NCBI GenBank assembly: GCA_964534365.1
Contig: CAZHOI010000003.1
Coordinates: 4,310 to 68,309 of the forward strand
Origin: an uncultured Candidatus Saccharibacteria bacterium
Lineage (GTDB): Bacteria > Patescibacteriota > Minisyncoccia > Phycocordibacterales > SW-6-46-9
Reading direction: 5' to 3'
DNA length: 64,000 bases
Shown: positions 28,031 to 36,670 of the stretch, one piece after another
Layout of the letters: each line of letters opens with the position of its first letter
Position numbering within the stretch: position 1 is the stretch's first letter
Translations under genes and position numbers: made by a program
Notes under the pieces: generated by a model
Seen by the model: the letters and a program-made list of their open reading frames with translations, nothing else
Database searches by the model: none
Told to the model about the DNA's origin: nothing

Positions 28031-28930
28031 ATGAAAATATGGGATGCAATTATAATTGGCGATGGTCCGGCTGGACTATCTGCGGGAATCTATTTATCTC
28101 GAGCTAATCACAGCAATTTAATTATTGGTTGTGGTACTGGCCGGTGGCATTATGGGCAATTAAATCAAAATTACCTAGGATTTCCAGATGGAATAGAAGT
28201 AGATGAATTACACAAACTGGGGCTAGATCAAGCAAAAAACTATGGTTCAGAATTTTTATCAGCCAAGGTAACCAGATTGGAATTTCATGACAAAAATTGG
28301 CTAGTTAGAACCAGTACCGAAAAAGCCTTTAAATCAAAAGCGATTATTTATGCCACCGGCGTAACTGATAGATGGCCTAAAAATCTCAACACAGAAAAGT
28401 TTGTCGGAACATTTGTGTTCTGGTGTATTACATGTGATGGATACCGTGCTAAAAGCAAACCGATCGTAATCGTTGCCGATTGCAATACTAATGTTGAAAC
28501 CATCCTGCAATTCCAAGATTTTACCAGTGACATTACTGTAATTAGAAACGCCGATGCCCAATTTTTGTCTGATAATCAGCAAGTTATATTTAGCAGTAAT
28601 AAAATTAAAGTAATCAATAGTAATTTCACCGAAATCCAGGAGACAGATCACAGTTACCGAATATGTATTGGGGGAGAATATTATGATTTTGCCATGATGT
28701 TTTCATTACTGGGATCAACCCCAAATACCGCCTTGTTACAAGAATTAAACTTAATTGACCTTGACGATGAGGGTTTTATAAAAATTGACGACAAGAACAG
28801 AACCAATCATGAATCGTTTTTTGCAGCAGGAGATGTGACCGCTAAACACTCACACCAAATTGCCACTGCCGTTCACGAAGGCGCTCAGGCCGCTCAGGCC
28901 GCTACATACTTCCTCTACAAGAATTACTAA
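28031..28930 (+). CDS. Thioredoxin reductase-like FAD/NAD(P)-dependent disulfide oxidoreductase
   Basis: N-terminal FAD motif IIGDGPAGLSAG. Redox CxxC motif WCITCDG at the position of the TrxB CAxCDG. Confidence 0.75.
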   Translation: MKIWDAIIIGDGPAGLSAGIYLSRANHSNLIIGCGTGRWHYGQLNQNYLGFPDGIEVDELHKLGLDQAKNYGSEFLSAKVTRLEFHDKNWLVRTSTEKAFKSKAIIYATGVTDRWPKNLNTEKFVGTFVFWCITCDGYRAKSKPIVIVADCNTNVETILQFQDFTSDITVIRNADAQFLSDNQQVIFSSNKIKVINSNFTEIQETDHSYRICIGGEYYDFAMMFSLLGSTPNTALLQELNLIDLDDEGFIKIDDKNRTNHESFFAAGDVTAKHSHQIATAVHEGAQAAQAATYFLYKNY

Positions 28931-29055
28931 ATTTATAGTAAGCTATCTGTTATCTGGCATAAATTTGCAGGCAAATCAATTTGCAAATTCATGTTTGATA
29001 ATTTGTGCTAGATAATGTGCAAATAGATTTTACTAAAAAATCTATTTCATGAAGA

Positions 29056-29075
29056 GGTAATTTTCTAAAATTACC
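29056..29075 (+). promoter_or_regulatory. 9-bp palindrome ggtaatttt/aaaattacc immediately upstream of tRNA-Trp
   Basis: Seen directly. Function unknown. Confidence 0.3.
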
Positions 29076-29086
29076 GACTGTAGAGA

Positions 29087-29157
29087 GGGCGATTAGTTAA
29101 ATGGTATAATGAAGGTCTCCAAAACCTTAGTTGGGGGTTCGATTCCCTCATCGCCCG
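29087..29157 (+). tRNA. tRNA-Trp (anticodon CCA)
   Basis: Acceptor GGGCGAT/ATCGCCC, anticodon stem AAGGT/ACCTT with loop CTCCAAA, T-loop GGTTCGATTCC. Confidence 0.75.
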
Positions 29158-29282
29158 CTGGAGTTATAAACTAAGAAAAAGTTATGTCATTTCTAGAAGA
29201 TATGGATAGAGAAAGAAAAAAAGCTGGTTTAATAGAAACCATAAAAGACTTGTGAAAAGAAGGCAAAACTCTCGATGATGAG

Positions 29283-29504
29283 GTGGCAAGGTTAGATACT
29301 GCTGATGAAGAAATCGTTTTAACATACCGAGATAAGTTAAAGTTAGTTAAACAACTTGAAATTGAACAAAAGAAAAGAAACATATCTGCTGCATTAGACG
29401 TAGTGACTAAAGACTTGTTTTCAGAAGTTGGATTAGATAAAGATCCCCATTCTCAAGTAGGAAAAAAATTTAGAGAGCTTTTACTTCAGTGGTTAGACGA
29501 ATAA
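29283..29504 (+). CDS. Hypothetical small helical protein. A same-frame upstream ORF at 29184-29255 is separated from it by a single TGA.
   Basis: ORF with a GTG start. See the finding on the in-frame TGA. Confidence 0.3.
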   Translation: MARLDTADEEIVLTYRDKLKLVKQLEIEQKKRNISAALDVVTKDLFSEVGLDKDPHSQVGKKFRELLLQWLDE

Positions 29505-30370
29505 TTATTAAGCAATTTGACCTTTGATGGAAACCACTTAATCTCTTCATTACGCTTAAACCAAGTTAGTTGCCTTTTTGCATATCTTAGCTCGGCTTGG
29601 ATAATATTTTTTCTTAGGTCCTCAACTGAAGTTTTAGTTTCTAGGTGTTCAACCACGGACCGATAGGTTAGGCCAATAGATCGCAGCCAATCAGGCGACA
29701 CTCCACCAGAAATAAGGTTTTTCACTTCGTCAACTAATCCATTTTCTATTCTAGATTTGGTTCTATAAACAATTCTTTTCTTAAGATCACTTTTACCCGG
29801 ATTTAGTCCCAGCCAAGCAAACTTAATTTCTGTACCACGTTTTATTTTATGTTGTTTAGGAATCTGGCCGTGGGTTAACCATAGTCCTAGGCGATTACGG
29901 ACCCTGGCTGGATTTTGATTGTCAAATGACTGCCAGACTTGGGCAGGCAATACCTCTACTGCTTGTTTATTTAGACATCGGATGTCTAAATTTTTTAAGT
30001 TTTTCTTTACTTCTAAGTCAACCTTGGCATACTTTGTGTTATTAACTAAGGTATCAATATAGAATCCAGTTCCGCCGGTAATAATAGGGACTTTATTTTG
30101 GGAAATTATCTTCTCTATAGCTTTATTTCCCAATTGCCGAAAATCCTCGACACTAAAATCATCGCCTGGATTAGCCACATCAATCAGATGATGTGGAATA
30201 CCTTGCATCTCTGCGTCGGAAATTTTACCAGATCCAATATCCAGACCACGATAGACTTGTACAGAATCCGCCGATATTATCTCGCCATTAATCCGCTTTG
30301 CCAGCTCTATCGCAGCACCAGTTTTGCCTGACGCAGTTGGACCAACAATTACATGTACTGTCTTAACCAT
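29486..30370 (-). CDS. miaA: tRNA dimethylallyltransferase
   Basis: VIVGPTASGKTGAAIELA P-loop. DSVQVYRGLDIGSGK. Confidence 0.9.
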   Translation of the reverse strand: MVKTVHVIVGPTASGKTGAAIELAKRINGEIISADSVQVYRGLDIGSGKISDAEMQGIPHHLIDVANPGDDFSVEDFRQLGNKAIEKIISQNKVPIITGGTGFYIDTLVNNTKYAKVDLEVKKNLKNLDIRCLNKQAVEVLPAQVWQSFDNQNPARVRNRLGLWLTHGQIPKQHKIKRGTEIKFAWLGLNPGKSDLKKRIVYRTKSRIENGLVDEVKNLISGGVSPDWLRSIGLTYRSVVEHLETKTSVEDLRKNIIQAELRYAKRQLTWFKRNEEIKWFPSKVKLLNNYSSNH

Positions 30371-31698
30371 TAATCAATAACCTCTATATTGGCGCCTATG
30401 GCATTCAAACGGTTAAAAATATTTTCATAACCCCGATTAATTGGGGCAACCGAATGCAGCTCGGATACACCATCAGCTGCTAACATGGCCACCAATATAA
30501 TCATTGATGGTCGCAATGCAGGTGGGCAAATCACCTTGGCGCCGCGTAATGGGGTAGGGCCTTCAATGAATACACGGTGGGGATCTGCTAAATTGACGTT
30601 CGCACCCAGCCGATTTAGTTCAGTGAAATAAATTGCACGATTTTCCCACATCCAATCATGAATTAGGGTCAGCCCATCTGCCTGAGTAGCAATAGGAACA
30701 AAAAATGGCAAATTATCAGAATTGATGCCGGGATATGGGACCGCATGAATCTTGTCATGTATGGCCTGGAGCTTTGATGGTGCGACCGTAATGTCGACTA
30801 AACTGGTTCGCCCGTTATCGGCTTTGTATTCAGGCTGCATATCGAATTCTAGTCCCATTGCCGCGAGTACAATCAGTTCGCGACGCAAAAACTCAATCGG
30901 GCAGTGAGTTATAGTTAAATTAGATTCTGTGACTGCTGCTGCCGCAATTAACATCATTGATTCGATAGGATCTTCGGCCAAACTATAATCAACATCAACA
31001 TTAATATTGGGTTGCCCGGTGATAATTAATTTAGAAGTGCCGATACCTTCAATGTTTACCCCTAATTTTTCCAAGAAAAAACATAATTCCTGCACCATGT
31101 AATTAGCCTGAGCAAAGTTAATAATTGTAGTTCCTGGTAAGGTTGCAGCCGCCAGTAGCACACTTTCGGTAGCAGTGTCCGAGCTTTCATATAGAGTAGT
31201 TTCGCCCGAGGTGCGACCGGTCGCATCAATTTCGTAATGGTCTTCGGTAGTAGTAATTTCAATACCTAAATCTTGCAAGCTGTGACGATGCGCGGTAATT
31301 GTTCGCTGACCCATTTTGCAACCCCCGGCGTGCGGCCAATTGAACTGATCATATTGAGCCGATAAAGCCCCTAAAAACAAAATTGTAGATCGACCGCCTC
31401 GCAATAAAGATTGACGATCAACAGAAGCAATATTTAGTTTGTCCGGTGTTTTTATTTCCAGCGTCTTGTTGTCTAGCCAATTCAGCTCCACACCCAGAGA
31501 CTGGGCGGCGTCTAACAGGCGGTGTACGTCCGAAATGCGACTCACATTATGTAGGGTAGTTTTGCCGTGATTCAACAACGCTGCCGATATAATGGCCACG
31601 GTCGAGTTTTTAGTTGAATTAGTCTTTATCTGTCCTGACAGCTGACTATTGCCAGTTATGCGGATATTATTTACTTGGTTGCTAGTATTGACGCTCAT
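30370..31698 (-). CDS. murA: UDP-N-acetylglucosamine 1-carboxyvinyltransferase
   Basis: EPT-fold, 442 aa. Preferred over AroA because it sits next to murB and the genome has a peptidoglycan-only context. Confidence 0.75.
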   Translation of the reverse strand: MSVNTSNQVNNIRITGNSQLSGQIKTNSTKNSTVAIISAALLNHGKTTLHNVSRISDVHRLLDAAQSLGVELNWLDNKTLEIKTPDKLNIASVDRQSLLRGGRSTILFLGALSAQYDQFNWPHAGGCKMGQRTITAHRHSLQDLGIEITTTEDHYEIDATGRTSGETTLYESSDTATESVLLAAATLPGTTIINFAQANYMVQELCFFLEKLGVNIEGIGTSKLIITGQPNINVDVDYSLAEDPIESMMLIAAAAVTESNLTITHCPIEFLRRELIVLAAMGLEFDMQPEYKADNGRTSLVDITVAPSKLQAIHDKIHAVPYPGINSDNLPFFVPIATQADGLTLIHDWMWENRAIYFTELNRLGANVNLADPHRVFIEGPTPLRGAKVICPPALRPSMIILVAMLAADGVSELHSVAPINRGYENIFNRLNAIGANIEVID

Positions 31699-31798
31699 AT
31701 AACCTTATTACTATAACTTAACAAAATAATATGACCTAACTTTTATCCGCTCCTAGATATTTGGTCAGCAAAATTAAAATGAGTTAATATATAGCAGA

Positions 31799-32833
31799 AT
31801 GAACAATATTGATTTAAAGGAAAATGTTGCCATGTCAGAGTTTTCTGGAATTAAGGTTGGTGGCAAGGCAGCCTACATTAGTCAAATAAAATCGGTTCAA
31901 GATTTGATCAAGGCAAATAATATTGCGAAAGAAAAGGGTGTGAGGTTAATACCGATTGGGGCAGGAACTAATACTTTTTTTGGATCAGGCAAATTAAATA
32001 TATTAGGACTTGAAAATAAACTATTGGGTAAGGAAGTTACTGACGAAACAGATGATTCTGTCGAGGTTGCCGTTCAATCTGGCGAGGATTGGGATGATAT
32101 TGTCAGTTGGACGGTGGATAATGGTTGGGCTGGGATTGAAGCGCTATCGGCCATTCCTGGAACAGTTGGAGCAGCGCCAGTGCAAAATATTGGCGCCTAC
32201 GGACAGGAAGTCTCTCAAACAATTACTTCAGTCGAGGCGCTAGATCTTGAGTCAAACGTTTTAAAATCTTTTAATAATTCAGAATTAAACTTTTCATATC
32301 GAAATTCAATCTTCAAAACCAACCCAGGTCAATATTTTATTGTAAAAGTTAACCTCAGGCTGAGCAGAAACTACCAGCCTGAAATTCCAAACTATGAATC
32401 AGCAAAACAATATTTTACCGACTTAGGAATAATAAAACCAACTCTACAGCAAATCCGAGATAACATAACTAATTTACGCTGGTCCAAGTTACCGAGGCCA
32501 GAGGTTTTGCCGAATTGTGGATCGTGGTTTAAAAATCCCATCATTAATTATAAAATTTTTGAAAAAATAAAAGTAAAATATCTAGAAGTTAAAAGTTGGG
32601 AAGTAGGGGAAGATGAGGTTAAGTTATCAGCTGGTTGGTTGGTAGATCAGACTGTAGGAAAAGATTACGAAGATAAGTATTTTGCCACCTATGGTAAAAA
32701 TGCCCTGATCATCGTTAATCATTCTCTGTCTACCAGTACTAAAAAGTTACTAAAATTTGAACAGGAAATTGTTGATAAGGTTAATAGTAAATTTGGAGTA
32801 AAGCTAGAGCGCGAACCAATTTTGATAGAATAA
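31799..32833 (+). CDS. murB: UDP-N-acetylenolpyruvoylglucosamine reductase
   Basis: FAD-binding PCMH pattern IKVGGKAAY…IPIGAGTN. Divergent from murA. Confidence 0.85.
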   Translation: MNNIDLKENVAMSEFSGIKVGGKAAYISQIKSVQDLIKANNIAKEKGVRLIPIGAGTNTFFGSGKLNILGLENKLLGKEVTDETDDSVEVAVQSGEDWDDIVSWTVDNGWAGIEALSAIPGTVGAAPVQNIGAYGQEVSQTITSVEALDLESNVLKSFNNSELNFSYRNSIFKTNPGQYFIVKVNLRLSRNYQPEIPNYESAKQYFTDLGIIKPTLQQIRDNITNLRWSKLPRPEVLPNCGSWFKNPIINYKIFEKIKVKYLEVKSWEVGEDEVKLSAGWLVDQTVGKDYEDKYFATYGKNALIIVNHSLSTSTKKLLKFEQEIVDKVNSKFGVKLEREPILIE

Positions 32834-32847
32834 AGTACGAAATTTTG

Positions 32848-33648
32848 TTAACTCATTTTTTGAAGAATATAATAAATTTGAGTTTTTGCCGTATTATCTT
32901 GTGAAGTTAATGATCCTCGCATATCTTTTACGTCTTTAATTGAGAGGTTCTTCATGAAAACTTTCTTAATAATTGATAACTTTGATAGTTTGATCAAGTT
33001 TTCAACTTCTTTTTCACTAAAGAAATGTAAGTACTGTTTCTGTTTTAGCTTTTTCTCACCATCATGTCTGTGGTAAAAATAATCTCCAAAGTCAGCCCCT
33101 TCAGTTACACATCCGAAAGGTTTCAATATTTTGTGCTTAAACCAAGTTTTTACCCAATGAATTATATAAGTAGGACCATAGTTTCTTAGTGGGACTAATA
33201 AAATTACCTTACCCCCAACTTTTAACACTCGATTAATTTCATGTAAGGTTTTTAAACGATCTTTGTTTCCCGGAATAGAGCCAAGTCCATTATTAGATAA
33301 AAGTGCGCCGTCAAAATCATTGTCTGCAAAATTTAAACTAGTGGCGTCTCCGACCCGATAACAAATACTCGCATTTTCACTATTAGCAGCCAATTTGGCT
33401 AGTTCGATCATTTCGGGTGTAAGGTCGACTCCTACAACCTCATAACCTAATTTGTATAATGGAAGTGCCGTTCGTCCACTACCGCAAGCCAAATCTAGAA
33501 TCTTACTCCTACGTTTAAAATACTTATCTATTAACACTTTTTCACTTTCGTATAGCAAGCCTTTTGAATGTTTTCTGTATCGGTCAACAACCACCGCTGT
33601 TCCATATTCTTTAATACTAGATTCTGCCAACTTTTTAACATTGGTCAT
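32848..33648 (-). CDS. Class I SAM-dependent methyltransferase
   Basis: ILDLACGSGRTALPL motif I and VVGVDLTPEMI. Start set at MTNVKK so that it does not overlap the tRNA-Leu gene. Confidence 0.7.
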   Translation of the reverse strand: MTNVKKLAESSIKEYGTAVVVDRYRKHSKGLLYESEKVLIDKYFKRRSKILDLACGSGRTALPLYKLGYEVVGVDLTPEMIELAKLAANSENASICYRVGDATSLNFADNDFDGALLSNNGLGSIPGNKDRLKTLHEINRVLKVGGKVILLVPLRNYGPTYIIHWVKTWFKHKILKPFGCVTEGADFGDYFYHRHDGEKKLKQKQYLHFFSEKEVENLIKLSKLSIIKKVFMKNLSIKDVKDMRGSLTSQDNTAKTQIYYILQKMS

Positions 33649-33656
33649 GAATTTTG

Positions 33657-33738
33657 TGCCGGGGGAGGGAATCGAACCCTCACTTCCGAAGAAATACGAT
33701 TTTGAGTCGTACGCGTCTACCAATTCCGCCACCCCGGC
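33657..33738 (-). tRNA. tRNA-Leu (anticodon CAA), type II
   Basis: Reverse complement reads GCCGGGG TG GCGGAATTGGTAGACGC, anticodon stem TACGA/TCGTA with loop CTCAAAA, long variable arm, GAGGGTTCGATTCCCTC CCCCGGC A. Confidence 0.75.
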
Positions 33739-33821
33739 ATTTACTGTCCACAAACTATAAAGGTTTTTATCACATAATTCCAGATTTGTAGACTAGTAGG
33801 CATGTTAGAATAATATTAGAT

Positions 33822-35027
33822 ATGAGCAAGACGAATTTTCAAGAAAACGCAATATTTTGGGTCGAGGTTGATAAAATTACTCCTAATCCATACCAACCCC
33901 GCAAAGAATTTACCGAGGCTGGTCTGCGAGACCTGGCCGAATCAATTCGAATGTATGGCGTGCTACAGCCCCTAACCGTAACCCGTAAAGAGGTTCAGAA
34001 TGATGGCGGAATGTCAGTTGAATACGAGCTAATTGCTGGCGAGCGACGACTGCGAGCGTCTAAATTGGCTGGCGTAGTGCAAGTTCCAGTTATCATTCGA
34101 TCTGGCCCTGAAGATGACCGAATTAAACTTGAACTAGCAATAATTGAGAATTTGCAACGCGAGGATCTAAACCCAATTGATCGAGCACTGGCTTTCAAAC
34201 AATTAAACGATCAATTTGAATTCACCCATGCCCAAATTGCAAAAAAGGTTGGCAAGTCGCGTGAATACGTATCCAATTCGATCCGATTATTACAGTTGCC
34301 TGACGAAATTCAGCAAGCAATTACCAATGGTAAAATTTCAGAAGGACATGCCCGACCATTGGGAATGCTGCGCGACAAACCAGAAGAACAATCGAACGTA
34401 TTTCGAGAAGTAATGTTGAAGAAAATGACTGTTCGCGAGACCGAAAAGATTGCGCGATCTATTGCCAAAGACAAAGTCCGAAAGACAACTAAATCACTTG
34501 AACCCGAAATGCAGAAAATGCAGAAGCAGCTCTCGGAAACCCTCGGCACCAGGGTCATGATTGAACCAAAACAAGTTGGTGGCAAATTAGTAATTGATTA
34601 TTTTTCGAAACAGGATGTCGAGCACCTGCTGGATATTGTTAATGCATCCTTGCTAAATACTAAACCGGGCGCGACCGCAGCATTGGATCGACACGAACAG
34701 AAATTAAATAATGAAAATAAAACCGAACACAAAATGGCTAAACCGCCAGAGAACTTACCTAATGATTCCGAGCCAGAGCAGAAACCAATCCAAAAACCAG
34801 GGCAGACAATAACAAGCAACGATACTTCAGCTGATAACAATAAAGATACTTCAGCTGACCCGTTCGCTTATTTACTGGAGGATAGATCAGCAAGCTCGGA
34901 CGATTATTCCGATTCAAACAATCCACCAAAGACATCACCCTATCAGTCTACTAATGAATTACTGCAAGCGGATTCGAACGATGTCGATTCTGATGATGAT
35001 TACGGATTGTCTAGTTTTTCCGTTTGA
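33822..35027 (+). CDS. parB: ParB/Spo0J-family partition protein with an acidic/Ser-rich C-terminal tail
   Basis: ParB box LIAGERRLRASKLAG, plus the HTH region. No parA is adjacent. Confidence 0.85.
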   Translation: MSKTNFQENAIFWVEVDKITPNPYQPRKEFTEAGLRDLAESIRMYGVLQPLTVTRKEVQNDGGMSVEYELIAGERRLRASKLAGVVQVPVIIRSGPEDDRIKLELAIIENLQREDLNPIDRALAFKQLNDQFEFTHAQIAKKVGKSREYVSNSIRLLQLPDEIQQAITNGKISEGHARPLGMLRDKPEEQSNVFREVMLKKMTVRETEKIARSIAKDKVRKTTKSLEPEMQKMQKQLSETLGTRVMIEPKQVGGKLVIDYFSKQDVEHLLDIVNASLLNTKPGATAALDRHEQKLNNENKTEHKMAKPPENLPNDSEPEQKPIQKPGQTITSNDTSADNNKDTSADPFAYLLEDRSASSDDYSDSNNPPKTSPYQSTNELLQADSNDVDSDDDYGLSSFSV

Positions 35028-36511
35028 TCTTCTTTCTGTAAACTATTTCTGATGCGTCTTTTAGCAAATGAAGTAGCAGTCATTGATAACCATTTCTGGC
35101 TTGGCTTTGATTTTTTGCTGGTTATAATCTCGACAATATCACCATTTCTAAGTTCAGTTCCAAGATTAGATAACTTTCCATTGATTTTAGCCCCGGAAAT
35201 ATGATCGCCAATATTGGTATGGATATAGTATGCAAAATCAATCGGCGTAGCCCCGCTAGGTAAATCAATAACATCGCCATTTGGCGTAAATGCAAATATT
35301 CGACTGGTAAAAAAATCATCACGCAACTCGCTCATAAATTGCTGGTTTGATTGTAAATTTTCAGACTTTTGCGATTCGGCAATTTCTTGAATCCAATCAG
35401 GAGTAGTCGTATTTTTATTTTTTCCAGAAACTCGAAGTAGCAGATTAATCAGGTCACTGGACCAACTGGAATCTTCGTTACTTTTTTTATAAACGTAATG
35501 AGAAGCGATTCCAAATTCAGCTTCGCTATGCATGTTAGCAGTTCGTATCTGGACTTCTGCCAGGTTTCCAGCGCCAGTAAATATAGTGGTATGAACCGAC
35601 TGATAACCGTTCGGTTTTGGAAATGCGATGTAGTCTTTGATCCGACCAGGTAAAGGTCGCCAGATTGAATGAACGATTCCCAGAACCTGATAACATTCGG
35701 TCGGTTTCGCTACAATCACACGTAAAGCTGAGATATCATAAACCCTCTCTATATCCATGTCTTTGCGCTCTAATTTTTGGTACAGACTCCACAGATGTTT
35801 GCGACGATAATCCATTGATATGAATTTAATATCATTCTTCTTTAGCTCGGACGTTAATTTAGATTCAATTTTTTTCAATGACCCTTCGCTTTTAGCATAA
35901 TAGTCTTTGGCTATTTCCATGGTGTTTTGGTAATCAGCAGGATGCAAATATTTGAAAGACAGATCCTCCAGTTCGCCCTTCACTTGACCCATATTAAGTC
36001 GATGGGCCACCGGTGCATAAACCTCCATAGTTTCTTTAGCTATCCGCTGTTGCTTGTCAACCGGCACATACTCCAAAGTGCGCATGTTATGTAGGCGATC
36101 AGCCAACTTTATTATTAACACCCGGACGTCTTCTGATGTTGCGACAAACAATTTGCGCAAAGATTCGATATGACGATCTGATCCCCTGAATCGCACATTT
36201 CCTAATTTAGTGACTCCATTAACTAGGAATAAGACTTCGCTGCCAAATTCTAGCTTGACGTCCAATTCAGTTATATCAGTATCTTCGATAACATCATGTA
36301 GCAACCCAGCCGATACTGTATTAGCATCCATGCCTAAATTATCTAAAATTAGCGCGGTCGCCAGGACATGATTAAAGTACGGCTCGCCGGAATAACGCTG
36401 CTGACTTTCATGTGCATGCTGGGCGAACTCATAAGCTTTTTTGACCAATTTTTTATCATCATCTGAAAAATCAGGACGAGAAATCAGATCTTGTAATTCC
36501 GCATGAGACAT
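35000..36511 (-). CDS. rel: Bifunctional (p)ppGpp synthetase/hydrolase Rel/SpoT (HD + synthetase + TGS; short)
   Basis: HD motif LLHDVIEDT, RelA/SpoT synthetase region and a C-terminal TGS domain (GDVIDLPSGATPIDFAY). 503 aa. Confidence 0.85.
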   Translation of the reverse strand: MSHAELQDLISRPDFSDDDKKLVKKAYEFAQHAHESQQRYSGEPYFNHVLATALILDNLGMDANTVSAGLLHDVIEDTDITELDVKLEFGSEVLFLVNGVTKLGNVRFRGSDRHIESLRKLFVATSEDVRVLIIKLADRLHNMRTLEYVPVDKQQRIAKETMEVYAPVAHRLNMGQVKGELEDLSFKYLHPADYQNTMEIAKDYYAKSEGSLKKIESKLTSELKKNDIKFISMDYRRKHLWSLYQKLERKDMDIERVYDISALRVIVAKPTECYQVLGIVHSIWRPLPGRIKDYIAFPKPNGYQSVHTTIFTGAGNLAEVQIRTANMHSEAEFGIASHYVYKKSNEDSSWSSDLINLLLRVSGKNKNTTTPDWIQEIAESQKSENLQSNQQFMSELRDDFFTSRIFAFTPNGDVIDLPSGATPIDFAYYIHTNIGDHISGAKINGKLSNLGTELRNGDIVEIITSKKSKPSQKWLSMTATSFAKRRIRNSLQKEDQTEKLDNP

Positions 36512-36670
36512 GTAATCAGTATACTTTATTGTCTAGTTAGTATTAAGCAACCTAGGGAGATGGCAAAGCATTTGAGTATGTCGTAAATCTGATTGACTTT
36601 ATAGACCCCAATTTAAAGATTGGTTGGTGAAGTAAAAATTATACTGAATCAGGTTTAACTAGTTTTATTT

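Noticed and set aside
29253-29255. Genome-wide TGA reassignment (genetic code 25, Gracilibacteria/SR1-like)
   Set aside because: Large conserved genes (clpB 918 aa, topA 763 aa, nrdA 559 aa) are open with standard stops and contain no internal TGA in the provided standard-code track. Only one local in-frame TGA was noticed.
30370-31698. Annotating the EPT-fold enzyme as AroA (EPSP synthase)
   Set aside because: It sits head-to-head with murB. The window shows a peptidoglycan gene set and no other aromatic-amino-acid genes, so MurA is the better call. Confirmation needs alignment to the MurA Cys/Asp active-site loop.
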